A stretch of DNA of 64,000 nt. It comes from a virus. Each line of letters begins with the position of its first letter. Within the stretch, counting starts at the first letter, position 1. The position numbers were made by a program, and so were the translations under genes. Positions 45,055 through 55,452 of this stretch are shown piece by piece. The notes beneath the pieces are model-generated. The model worked only from the letters and a program-made list of their open reading frames with translations, made no database searches and had not been told where the DNA came from. The DNA lies in the IMG/VR virus record IMGVR_UViG_3300020411_000003. One strand, 5' to 3'.

Positions 45055-46815
45055 TTAGAATTCGATTACTAGTTTGATGTCCTCAATCTGGTCAGCAGCT
45101 CTAGTAATTTGTCTTCTGTTCTCTATGTATACGATTTCGCCAGAGTTTGCAGCGATTTCGGGGGATGCTAGACCGCCTGTAAACGTAATACCAGACACAG
45201 CACCAGTAGCACCAGTATCGATATTTCCACTTGCTGTGGACGCTTGTCCGACGACTGCATTAGCAGCATTTGATTCAAATGCTCTTACGACACCAGAGTC
45301 ACTATGTAATTCTGGTGATTGATAATACTTAAGGATACCAGTACCTGAATCCCAAGATACAACTTTACCGTATGCTGTTCCACCAGTTACTGATTGGAAG
45401 ATATCTTCGTCAACAGTATAATCTGATGTTGCTCCATTAACCTTTAGTACAGCTGTACCACGTAATGTAGAAGCAGAAGCATAATTTGTTGTACCATAAT
45501 CAAATGGGTCTTGAATGATACCGATACGACGGAAATCATTATCGACAGGGAAGTCACCTGAACCCTCATCATAAGTCAAACGAATGTTTGTCATGACTCT
45601 CTTAGAGAACAGTTCGCTTTCAGCATCAGAACCATGTCCTCCACTAGGAGAAATAACAACCTCAATAGAAGCCTTACCAGTGAAGCTGCTTGCAGCAGAG
45701 GTAAGACCAGCATCAGTAAATACTTTACCAGTTTCTAGAATTGTGGATCCATAAGTGTATCCAGTACCTGCTGCTTCCATTTCAGCAGTGGTAATGCTTC
45801 CAGAACCGTCTGTAGTGAATTTAACAATAGCATTGCTACCATCACCATATACAGGAGTGTAAAGTGTTGCTGTAGCAGGAAGAGCAGTACCTGCATCTTC
45901 AACTACGGCTACATGTACACCACCAACAACTGCTTGACCTTCAACAGTTACACGACTTGCTTCAGTCTTCTCAACGATAGGTAAGAAGTCTGTAGAAAGG
46001 AATGAAAGAACGTCTGCTGTAGGAAGTGTAAACATGTGCTTCCAAATATATCCAGCAGTACCAGAAGGTTCTGTGTAGATACCATTAGAAAATGCACCTT
46101 GTCCACCAGCAGGTTGTGACTTAGGCTCATAAGTAGCATTTTGTCCTGTTGGATTAGCAGGATTCTCACCATTATAAAGACACTTAAAGACCTCATAGTT
46201 AGAGTTCATTACATAGAACTTACCATCTGAGAGACTTGTTTGACCAGTAGCAGTTGACTTACCAACAGCACCACCGCCACCTGGAGTAGGAGCGTATGAT
46301 GGACGGTACATGTCAAACTTAGGATTTAGTGAGATGTTCCAGTTGTAACGTGGAATAACAAGACGTGCGAATGGTCCTGTAATACGCTTGGCAGCAATCA
46401 GTTCATTATAAATTGCTATCTTCTCGGAATAGTTGTCAATAGGAGCAGGAGGTGCTTCTTCAGTAGCGTATCTATACACACCAGACTTAGCAGTGGCAGA
46501 AGATGTTCCACCAGTGATAGTAGTACCGAAAGAAGGTGTAGTTGTCGCAGTAGGAAGGACGTTGTTAACTAAAAGACTATTCTCATTAACTTCAGCAACA
46601 GTTGCTGACCATCCACCACCCGAAACAGTTTCACCTGCTGCGAAAGTACCGTCCACATTGAATACTTCAATGTAAGCGTCCCATTTTGCAGATCTTCCTA
46701 CGAAGAAATACATTCTAGTTCGAGCTGCATCCGCATCGTTTGCGCCTTCGCTCAATGACTCTAGGAATTGCTTCGCATTGAAGATCCTAAATTTTTCTGA
46801 AATAATAGCTGCCAT
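45055..46815 (-). CDS. gp8: Baseplate wedge subunit gp8
   Basis: MAAIISEKFRIFNAKQFLESL, YFFVGR, KFYVMNS.YEVFKCLYNG, YIWK.MFT, FPVDNDFRRIGII and IVYIENRRQITRA.DQIEDIKLVIEF. Confidence 0.88.
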   Translation of the reverse strand: MAAIISEKFRIFNAKQFLESLSEGANDADAARTRMYFFVGRSAKWDAYIEVFNVDGTFAAGETVSGGGWSATVAEVNENSLLVNNVLPTATTTPSFGTTITGGTSSATAKSGVYRYATEEAPPAPIDNYSEKIAIYNELIAAKRITGPFARLVIPRYNWNISLNPKFDMYRPSYAPTPGGGGAVGKSTATGQTSLSDGKFYVMNSNYEVFKCLYNGENPANPTGQNATYEPKSQPAGGQGAFSNGIYTEPSGTAGYIWKHMFTLPTADVLSFLSTDFLPIVEKTEASRVTVEGQAVVGGVHVAVVEDAGTALPATATLYTPVYGDGSNAIVKFTTDGSGSITTAEMEAAGTGYTYGSTILETGKVFTDAGLTSAASSFTGKASIEVVISPSGGHGSDAESELFSKRVMTNIRLTYDEGSGDFPVDNDFRRIGIIQDPFDYGTTNYASASTLRGTAVLKVNGATSDYTVDEDIFQSVTGGTAYGKVVSWDSGTGILKYYQSPELHSDSGVVRAFESNAANAVVGQASTASGNIDTGATGAVSGITFTGGLASPEIAANSGEIVYIENRRQITRAADQIEDIKLVIEF

Positions 46816-46853
46816 AGCACTGGTCTCTAAATGTTATAAGACTAAATCCGAGT

Positions 46854-46871
46854 TATTTATATTTATTTATA
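46854..46871 (-). promoter_or_regulatory. Two tandem late promoters TATAAATA (46854-46861, 46864-46871)
   Basis: Two exact matches at the gp7/gp8 junction. Confidence 0.75.
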
Positions 46872-49800
46872 GGGCGTTTCTGATGTACTCTCCGATGAGG
46901 TGTTCCTCAATCGGACTGTTATCAACGCCTCTTTCGCATCCTGTAAAACGATCACTCAACTTGCCAGTATAACTGATCTTCTCACGCCCAACAAAAATGG
47001 TTCCTGATGATGCAAAGTTAGTAGTATTTGCATAAACAATACCACCTGTTGCTACATACCCTGCTCCATTAGCATCTGGCAAATCTGCTGTGTTCAACTG
47101 ACTTATATAGTAGTTTATGGATGGGTTAACAAAGTTCCACTTTATGTTACCAACATACTGAGTACCGACTGCATCGTTGATCTCTTCAATAGAGAAATTC
47201 CATACACTGATCTCTTCCAACGTATACTCGGAAACGGGAATGCCACCTGTGGAAAGAACATCACCTAGATCTAATTGACCACCAACGGTGCTGTAACTGA
47301 CACGGTTAAATGTCTGTGGAGTAGGTCCTAAAACTGCGGAACTATATGTGTTGTTGTAAGCAAAATAATTATCTACGCAACCAGTAACAATATATTTAAC
47401 TAATTGCTGTTTGAGATTTACATCAAGTAAAGCTGTAGATCTTATGGTTCTGGTTTTTTCAATTTCAATTTCAACTGACGATCCCATAGGAGCAGATGTA
47501 ACTGAAGTTGGCCATGATACAATTATCTCTTGTCCAACATTAAATTCACCAATATTGTGAACTAACTGGAATGTGGAAACGACCTTTGGTTTATTCTCAG
47601 TAACTGGATAAGTACCAGCACCTTGACCACCGCCTTGGCCGCCACCGCCACCTCCTCCACCAGGACCACCAGGTACAACACCACCAATCAACTCGATACC
47701 CTTAATAGGAACGATTTCGGATGTTATACTAGAAGGAGATTGCTTTAATATATTAGTAGAGAATATTAACCCAACTAAACTATCAACTTTTCTATCACGT
47801 CTCTTGATTCTAGTGTATCTTCTAGCAACACTAACTTTAGGTTCTTTAGTATAACCAGAACCACCATGTATAAGTTTGATATCAATAATTTGACCCTTAC
47901 TTACGATCACTTCAGCATGTGCTCCACCTCCAGCACCATCTTCAGGAATGAAGTGTAATACTGGTGGTGTTTCATAACCATAAGCAGTAGTTGGTTCAAT
48001 AATACCTTTCTCATAATATAATTGAAGACTCTTCTTATTCCAATCTAAAGAAGTTACTTTACCACCTTCAATAGTACAAGTGACACTTAAACCAACACCT
48101 TTAATGTCACCACTATAATTTGTAGTTAATATAGAACCAAAATACTTAGAAGATATTTCAGCACCAGCTCTATAATCTTTAGGATTTACATATCTGGGTA
48201 ATCCCTGTACATCCCTATAAGAATCTTCACCATCAATTTTAATTACATCTCCCTCATTAAGATAGGAAAGTAAATTCTTAGTTACATAGAATGATTCATC
48301 TGCCTTTTTACTATCATATAACCATGCAGATGAATTTCTCTGCATCTTGTAGTTGTTATACTCATCCTTTTGGAATACAAGTGTACTAGGTACATTTACT
48401 TCAAGTTCATCATCACCTGTGGAGAAGTATAATGGTTCAGAACCATTAAACACAGGATTATTACCAGCAATGACTAATTTAACAGATCTATCACTAAGAG
48501 TCTCAATAGTCTTAATATCACCTATTGCATTTTTAAGAAGTCCATTCTTTTGATAGACATATCTTGGGTTATCATAGTTTGTATTAAACCAACTATACAA
48601 TGAAGTAAATGCATTAGCATTAGTATCTGTAATTGTTAATTCTAATCTATTGTAATATGTACCAGGTTGGAAATCGTGGAAAGTTATGGACTGTTGCATG
48701 TCTCTACCATACAACAACATAATCTCTACATTATTATTAGCAAATATCTTTCTAGTAAATCTAATTGCAGGACCATTGATACTATATGAATCAGTATCTC
48801 TCTGTAATACACCATCTATGAACACAAATGCATAGTCAGCATCATCTATCTTCTTAACTTCTTTAGTAGCACTATCAAGTATAATGAAAGGACCAGCAGA
48901 TCCAGTTAATATACCTGAAGTCTCAAGTTCACATCTGATATAGTTACCAATACCATGTAGAGCAATATTATCTACTGCTAATGGTTCTTGAACAGTTTTA
49001 AGATTTTCTCTCTGTTGCCAGATAGGTGCTCCAGTAAATACAATCTTATTTGGTACAGTAGTCTTATCAATACTATAAGACCTATCATCTTGTACAACAC
49101 CACCTATTGAAACCATAAGGTTCTCATTAGCATCAGTAACTACTTCCTCACCATCATCATAATATAGATCAAATATCTTATTCTCGTTGTTAACGTAATC
49201 AGGTAATGATGTTGTAGCAGTTCCAGGACCAGTAATAAGTGTTACCTTAAGATTCTCATATAAAGAATCTAAAGCAGACTCTACATCTGCACACTTAGGA
49301 GTGAAAGGACTACCTGTGCGAATATTCAAATTAATATATGGATCTAATGTTGTATATTCACCAGCAGTCAAGGTATTCCTCATTGCTTTGACAGCAAGGT
49401 CTTTTGCTTTCTCAAATGCCTTAATAGTAGGTTCAATCTCACCAGTAATGAAATCTAAAATGTCATTATTGTAATATGCTTCACCAGCAAGAATTGACTT
49501 CTGGTTACCACCAAATCTTAAATCATGCTCATAAGCATCTACAACTAGACCAATATCTCTATGACATGTTGGACCTAATGTACCCCATGTAAGATCTGGG
49601 TATTGTGCTTTAATCCAACCTAATGTCTCTGATTGAATATATGCTCTATTCATTGACAACTGGTTAGCAGCGTCAATCCAAGTACCAGATCTCTGATGTA
49701 TATTTCTTAGTTTCTTGAGATACCTAGCATTCAATTCAGCAGTCTTAAATTCAAACCATCTACCATAGAATCTAACCTGTGGTATATTCTGACCATCTTG

Positions 49801-52800
49801 AAGTCTAGGACCTAATGGAGGAGAAGAGAATGTAATATTACTACCATTGATAGCATATGCTGAACCAGGTTCTTGCATCACACCATCAAGTGTAATAGTT
49901 AATGCTTGTGCATTATATGGTGATACTGAATCACCGTTACCATCTACAAGTACAAATGTAGTCTGTCCTTCAAGGTTGCCCTTATCAGTAAATGCACCAC
50001 TGAAGTCAGCATTAAGATATACCTGCTTTGCTCTAATCTCTTCAGTAGAGAATGTATCACGTGATACAGAACCTAATCCTTCCTCAATATGTAATTGCTC
50101 TGTCTTAATAATAGAAGTACTAATTTGCTTAGTAGTACTAACAACAGTAATCTTATTCTTCTCTGGATCCCATAATTGAATTCTAGTAGAATGATCACTA
50201 GATGTCACAGGTGACATTCTAGCATTTGAATCAGATTCAATAACAATCTCACCAAACAACTGGAATCCAGCAGGATGAGTAGTTGCTTTAATTAAATCTC
50301 TCCAAACACCGATTGATGTCTTAGATTTAATAACATAAGAATAATCTTGATAGTAGTAAGTATCAGTAATCTTCTGATTAGATGAACTTACTATACCTTG
50401 ATCATCACTATACGATCCAAGATTATCAAAATATGTTTTAATCTCTGGTGTAAACTCTGTATATGAAATACTATCAAGAGTAGCAGTATTACCTCTAGCA
50501 AGACCCTTGATAGTCTTATTCTCTCTAAAGAGACCAGTTAAATCTTTAACAGATAAAATGTTAGATCCTTTTCTCCATGCTGTAACTGTTGCTCTAGCAT
50601 TATCTCCTTGAACTATAGTCTCACCAATTTTAAATGCATCATCCTCAAAATTAGATAATGTAAGAATATAATTTGATCTAATAGTAGAACTTAACGTATT
50701 GTCATTGTGATAAGCACCACCATTATTGATAATACGTATATTTCTAGGAACACCTATATCAGTACTTGAAAGATATACCTTAACATCAGTTTCTACAATT
50801 CTAACTTCTGGAGCAGTAGTATATCCAGATCCAGCATCTGCAATGAGTATACCAGTAATGATACCATTATCTGATACTACGTCCAATACAGCATCACCAT
50901 CTACGTATGCTTTTGGTTTTGAATATTGTGTGCCAGCATTAGTAACAGTAACACTATCAATCTTACCATCTACAATCTCAGTGGTAGCAGTCGCTTTCAG
51001 CGAATCATCTGGTTGAACACCAACAACTATTGGAAGTTTCTTATACTCACTACCAATATTGATAATATTGATATGATCAATAGCACCAATAGAGAACTTA
51101 GACTGTGATGTGTATGTGACAGTTCCAGAACCGTCATGTGGTGCAGTTACACCAGTGTCATATACAATAGAATCACTTGTTACATACAATGCTGTCTTCT
51201 TACCCTGAAGTGGATCAGATACAACATTCAAGAACCCTGTCTCACGCTCTGTAACACCGTTTTTATCAAAATAATAATACTTGGAGTACCTTAGTGGTAC
51301 TTTTGTACTATAGGTGTTTGTAGCGACTCTAGGACCGAATCCTAACTTAAGATCAACATTACTATTAGTATCAATCTTCTCAGGAGTGTTGATGTTGTAA
51401 TTGATACTAGGAGATATATCAAATTCCCTGTCTCTCATTGAAGTATGAGATACATCAAAGTCGTATCTATAGAATTCCTTAATGTTTAATACAGGATTTC
51501 TGGCGAAATTTATTTGGTCTGTGGAAAACTCAAATATCTCAATTGGAGGAGAGACTTCAACAACTGTCACAAGCCTCTTATCCTCACTTGTATCATAGAA
51601 TATGGTACTTAGAGTAATACTGTTAATATCATCTATTGATGAGTTATAATCCCATACCACCTCTGCTTTCTGGGTGACTGGATCATAAGTCTGAATAGTT
51701 GCATCACCAGCAAGGTCACCAATCTTATAACCCCTATCAAGTGTATATCCAGGAACATACAGTGTGACAGTTGCCCCAGTAAAATGGTCAACTGGCACAC
51801 TCCCCCTCTTAACTGTGAAGGTATTTCCAGTTTTGTTTAAGATTTCTAATACCTCGTCACCAACCTGTATAAGATCGTTGTCACTAAACCCAATACCACT
51901 ACTTACATTAAGAGTAGTCTCACTGAGTCCAAAACCAATATGATCTACCTCTAACTGTAGTACAGGTGTACTACTGTCTGTCTTAGATAAATCAGCATCA
52001 CCAACGGTAAGGACATCAAACTTCAGATATCCAGTACCCTTATTCTTAATTGTAACATTTGTTACACTTCCAGAAGGATCTACAACAAAGTCTGCTGTTG
52101 CATCACTTCCTGTACCACCTTTAAGAGCAACATCAAGATATGTACCAGCTGTATAATCCTCACCACCATTCAATATAGTAGTTCTACCAATACCTGTGTC
52201 ATTAATTGTTGTAGTAGCACCTGGTGCTTCAAATGTGACTTCTTGATAGATTCTGCTTCTTACGTACTGTGTAGTAGTTGTAGTAGTATCATCAGGATTA
52301 ATATCAATATCAATAGTATCACCAATACCAACACCATGACTACCATTGGTCTTAAGTATTGCTACGTGGTCATTGATAGTAAAGATATTAAGACCAGCAC
52401 TTAGTGAATTAGTACTAATGAGTTTAGAACCAACACTATCGATTAAATTACTACTTCTAATGAAGTAATCATCAGTAACAACAAAATCACCAGTTGTTAC
52501 TTTAACTTTAACTGTATTCTTACTTGAAGTGCTTTCTAATACTTCTCCAATAGCAATAGTAGTAGCAACACCATCTGTGTATGCTAGATTCGCTCCTTTG
52601 GTGTAAGATGAATTTTCATCAAGTATTAAAGTTACAACTGTAGTATTAGAGTATAATTGATCTGTAGATGTGAATACACCAGTGACATCTCTCAATGCAA
52701 GTTGTTGACCACTGAACACGTTACCGACCAACTTACCAGTTGCACCAGTAACAGATTGTGTAATAGTGTCACCATCAAACAGATATGCAGTATTTGATAG

Positions 52801-55452
52801 ATTGATTAATAATGCTTTAGTCTCTTGAGACTCTATAGATGCTACTGTCTTACCTTTAACAGAAGATACTTCCGCAGTAACGCCTTTACCTTCAGTTCCT
52901 TTATTATTAATCTCTAATTGAGATCCAACTGAGAATGTTGAGACACTGGATACTACATTAGCACCAGATATCGTACCTCTTGTGACTTCATCTACTATAA
53001 GTGTAGTTTTATCACCATTCTTAGCAATATCAGCAGTTCTTAAGCGAGTAGCTGTTTTAGGTATATCGGTGTGACTTAGTGATTGTACGTAGTTAGAATC
53101 TCTAGGAACTGCGTAGTAATTGTCACCTATGATATAAGGGAATACAGGATCGTTGCTATCATTAACAGTTATGAAGTAAGCATAGACACCATTAGGATAC
53201 TCAGGTGTTAAGCAATAACGACCATTGTTCTGATCTAGTGTTCCTGACTTATGTGTATACTTGTAATCCTCAAAGAATGTACCTAATGAGTACGCAGCCT
53301 TGGAAGGTCCTTGCGATCTTCCCAAATTCAATGAGTAACTAGAAGTCATCCGACTGATAGTACTCGTGCTATCTAGTGGGTTGCTATATCCGTAAGCACC
53401 ATAGATAGGGTTCCCATCATAAGCATACCCCAGAATAGGACTATGGTTTGTACCATCGTCGCCACTACGCAATGCAGAAGGAACAGGATTTGTTTGAGTT
53501 AACTTATACCTATCCTTAGTCCATGTGCGAATAGTCGCAACGGCCTGGGCGCCCGCACCAACAGGAATAATATCGATACGAATATTACCATTGGTATAAC
53601 CACTACCAGGAGTTACTAGGTCACATGCAGTGAGTTCACCATTATTTGATACTTGTGCCTTATACTCCGCAAATCTTCCTTTACCTGCTAAGTCTAAAAT
53701 TCTAATAACTGGAGGTGAGGAGTAATATTCACCTGGATCCGTTACCACCATACTGGTGATAGCACCATTGGTTATAACTGGAGTAACTACTGCACCTCTA
53801 CCAGAAGTAATCTCTACAGTGGGTGTAGAGGTGTACAACATTGGTGTATCAATAATAACTGATTCGACTACCTGACCTGCTAACTTTGCTCTTGCAAGGG
53901 TAGGAGAGTTGTTTATAAGAACAAAGGGTTCTCTAGCATATCCGCTACCTCTATGAGTAACGTCAATTTTCTGAATTGCACCATTGAGTACAGTATCAGT
54001 GTGCTTTACACCCATAGCAAGACTGCCATCAAGGAAAACACCAATATCTTTATTGTTACTCTTATAGATCTCAGTGGTTAGAGTAGGCAGTTTAGGGATA
54101 ATGCGTAACTGATTGTTTGGTGATGCAATATAGTAATCATCACCATCCTCAAAGATTGCGGATATGTTAGTTAGATCCCATCTGATATTATTAGAGGAAT
54201 CAAAAATCTTTACGTCTGTATTGACAAAACCAGGATCTGATATCTCAAGTCTCTCTCCTACATTAGCATAAGGACTTGAACTAGAAGGTGTAGCACTGTA
54301 TAATACACCTAAGATGAGTACAGAGTTAGTACCAACACTCGCACTAGTAGCGTCATATACCAAATCACCAACATAATGAGAAGATGCTGCTGATCTAGTC
54401 TTAATAACGAACTGATCTATAGTCTTTTCTTCAAAAGTGAAGGTTTCATTGTTGATATTGAACTTTCCTGTGTCACTCCACCCCATTGTGGAGAATACAT
54501 CAACTACAGTACTAGTATTATCGATATCCGCACTCAAAGTAGTCTTTGCGGATAATATGAACTGACCATTAACAGTTTCTTCCGCAAGTATCAATTCGTA
54601 CAAATCGACACCATCATGCCTTCCACTGAAGAGGACGTTATCTATGACCGCAGAAGCGTAGGCCCCGTCTACGTTTTGGACGATCTCTTTTCCGATAAAT
54701 GACTCTGGAGTACCAGAAAGGATTTTTGCCTTAAGAGAATAATTTTTGATCCAAGTAGACTCAGAAGACTTGATCGTTTGCTCTCTAGGGTATTTTACCT
54801 CTGGAGCAGGATCATCCTTGACCAGACATTTGAATAAAAACTTGATTGATTGAGCAGTACCCTTCGATTTATAGAAATCTGCAATATTTTTGACTAAAGT
54901 ACGCTGATCAACGCTATCATTAAGATAAGCAACAGGAAAATCAGGTAAATACTGAGATTCGAAACTCTTTATAAGTGCAAAGAGAAAAAGATTGCTAATA
55001 TTATGGACTTTTGCAGGAACAGTGTGATCTGCTGCCTGAGTAGTAACAAATGTAGACTCTTGATATAGATCTCCCAGCTGGGTGTTACCAGAGACTCCTC
55101 TACTGACCTCTAAGAACTGTGTAGAAGATTTAGACTTATAGAAACATATCTCATCATCAATGTGCAAGTAACCACTCTCAGGGAATGCACTGGTGTCCTG
55201 GACCGTTATCGACAGATCCGTTGATTGTACAAACTGGGTTAACTGTGTATTCTGTTTAAGGATACTCTCGTCATAAAAATCAATATCACGATATGTTGCA
55301 AGGTGATTTGCAATATCCAGAGGTTGACCCTGTAATTCTAATTGCTCATAGTACTTTTGTATGAACTTTCCAAACAGTTCATACTCCTCGCTGATAAACG
55401 AAGCGAGTTGATTCTCTATTAATAGTGAGGTCTTCCTTGCAGTCTTTGGCAC
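46867..55452 (-). CDS. gp7: Baseplate wedge initiator gp7-like (2861 aa)
   Basis: Lies between gp6 and gp8; motifs IENQL.SFI.EEY..F.KF..KYYE, LVKNI.DFYKSKGT..SIKFLF, and YYQDYSYVIKS...WRDLIK...HPAGF.LFGE. Confidence 0.82.
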   Translation of the reverse strand: MPKTARKTSLLIENQLASFISEEYELFGKFIQKYYEQLELQGQPLDIANHLATYRDIDFYDESILKQNTQLTQFVQSTDLSITVQDTSAFPESGYLHIDDEICFYKSKSSTQFLEVSRGVSGNTQLGDLYQESTFVTTQAADHTVPAKVHNISNLFLFALIKSFESQYLPDFPVAYLNDSVDQRTLVKNIADFYKSKGTAQSIKFLFKCLVKDDPAPEVKYPREQTIKSSESTWIKNYSLKAKILSGTPESFIGKEIVQNVDGAYASAVIDNVLFSGRHDGVDLYELILAEETVNGQFILSAKTTLSADIDNTSTVVDVFSTMGWSDTGKFNINNETFTFEEKTIDQFVIKTRSAASSHYVGDLVYDATSASVGTNSVLILGVLYSATPSSSSPYANVGERLEISDPGFVNTDVKIFDSSNNIRWDLTNISAIFEDGDDYYIASPNNQLRIIPKLPTLTTEIYKSNNKDIGVFLDGSLAMGVKHTDTVLNGAIQKIDVTHRGSGYAREPFVLINNSPTLARAKLAGQVVESVIIDTPMLYTSTPTVEITSGRGAVVTPVITNGAITSMVVTDPGEYYSSPPVIRILDLAGKGRFAEYKAQVSNNGELTACDLVTPGSGYTNGNIRIDIIPVGAGAQAVATIRTWTKDRYKLTQTNPVPSALRSGDDGTNHSPILGYAYDGNPIYGAYGYSNPLDSTSTISRMTSSYSLNLGRSQGPSKAAYSLGTFFEDYKYTHKSGTLDQNNGRYCLTPEYPNGVYAYFITVNDSNDPVFPYIIGDNYYAVPRDSNYVQSLSHTDIPKTATRLRTADIAKNGDKTTLIVDEVTRGTISGANVVSSVSTFSVGSQLEINNKGTEGKGVTAEVSSVKGKTVASIESQETKALLINLSNTAYLFDGDTITQSVTGATGKLVGNVFSGQQLALRDVTGVFTSTDQLYSNTTVVTLILDENSSYTKGANLAYTDGVATTIAIGEVLESTSSKNTVKVKVTTGDFVVTDDYFIRSSNLIDSVGSKLISTNSLSAGLNIFTINDHVAILKTNGSHGVGIGDTIDIDINPDDTTTTTTQYVRSRIYQEVTFEAPGATTTINDTGIGRTTILNGGEDYTAGTYLDVALKGGTGSDATADFVVDPSGSVTNVTIKNKGTGYLKFDVLTVGDADLSKTDSSTPVLQLEVDHIGFGLSETTLNVSSGIGFSDNDLIQVGDEVLEILNKTGNTFTVKRGSVPVDHFTGATVTLYVPGYTLDRGYKIGDLAGDATIQTYDPVTQKAEVVWDYNSSIDDINSITLSTIFYDTSEDKRLVTVVEVSPPIEIFEFSTDQINFARNPVLNIKEFYRYDFDVSHTSMRDREFDISPSINYNINTPEKIDTNSNVDLKLGFGPRVATNTYSTKVPLRYSKYYYFDKNGVTERETGFLNVVSDPLQGKKTALYVTSDSIVYDTGVTAPHDGSGTVTYTSQSKFSIGAIDHINIINIGSEYKKLPIVVGVQPDDSLKATATTEIVDGKIDSVTVTNAGTQYSKPKAYVDGDAVLDVVSDNGIITGILIADAGSGYTTAPEVRIVETDVKVYLSSTDIGVPRNIRIINNGGAYHNDNTLSSTIRSNYILTLSNFEDDAFKIGETIVQGDNARATVTAWRKGSNILSVKDLTGLFRENKTIKGLARGNTATLDSISYTEFTPEIKTYFDNLGSYSDDQGIVSSSNQKITDTYYYQDYSYVIKSKTSIGVWRDLIKATTHPAGFQLFGEIVIESDSNARMSPVTSSDHSTRIQLWDPEKNKITVVSTTKQISTSIIKTEQLHIEEGLGSVSRDTFSTEEIRAKQVYLNADFSGAFTDKGNLEGQTTFVLVDGNGDSVSPYNAQALTITLDGVMQEPGSAYAINGSNITFSSPPLGPRLQDGQNIPQVRFYGRWFEFKTAELNARYLKKLRNIHQRSGTWIDAANQLSMNRAYIQSETLGWIKAQYPDLTWGTLGPTCHRDIGLVVDAYEHDLRFGGNQKSILAGEAYYNNDILDFITGEIEPTIKAFEKAKDLAVKAMRNTLTAGEYTTLDPYINLNIRTGSPFTPKCADVESALDSLYENLKVTLITGPGTATTSLPDYVNNENKIFDLYYDDGEEVVTDANENLMVSIGGVVQDDRSYSIDKTTVPNKIVFTGAPIWQQRENLKTVQEPLAVDNIALHGIGNYIRCELETSGILTGSAGPFIILDSATKEVKKIDDADYAFVFIDGVLQRDTDSYSINGPAIRFTRKIFANNNVEIMLLYGRDMQQSITFHDFQPGTYYNRLELTITDTNANAFTSLYSWFNTNYDNPRYVYQKNGLLKNAIGDIKTIETLSDRSVKLVIAGNNPVFNGSEPLYFSTGDDELEVNVPSTLVFQKDEYNNYKMQRNSSAWLYDSKKADESFYVTKNLLSYLNEGDVIKIDGEDSYRDVQGLPRYVNPKDYRAGAEISSKYFGSILTTNYSGDIKGVGLSVTCTIEGGKVTSLDWNKKSLQLYYEKGIIEPTTAYGYETPPVLHFIPEDGAGGGAHAEVIVSKGQIIDIKLIHGGSGYTKEPKVSVARRYTRIKRRDRKVDSLVGLIFSTNILKQSPSSITSEIVPIKGIELIGGVVPGGPGGGGGGGGQGGGQGAGTYPVTENKPKVVSTFQLVHNIGEFNVGQEIIVSWPTSVTSAPMGSSVEIEIEKTRTIRSTALLDVNLKQQLVKYIVTGCVDNYFAYNNTYSSAVLGPTPQTFNRVSYSTVGGQLDLGDVLSTGGIPVSEYTLEEISVWNFSIEEINDAVGTQYVGNIKWNFVNPSINYYISQLNTADLPDANGAGYVATGGIVYANTTNFASSGTIFVGREKISYTGKLSDRFTGCERGVDNSPIEEHLIGEYIRNAL

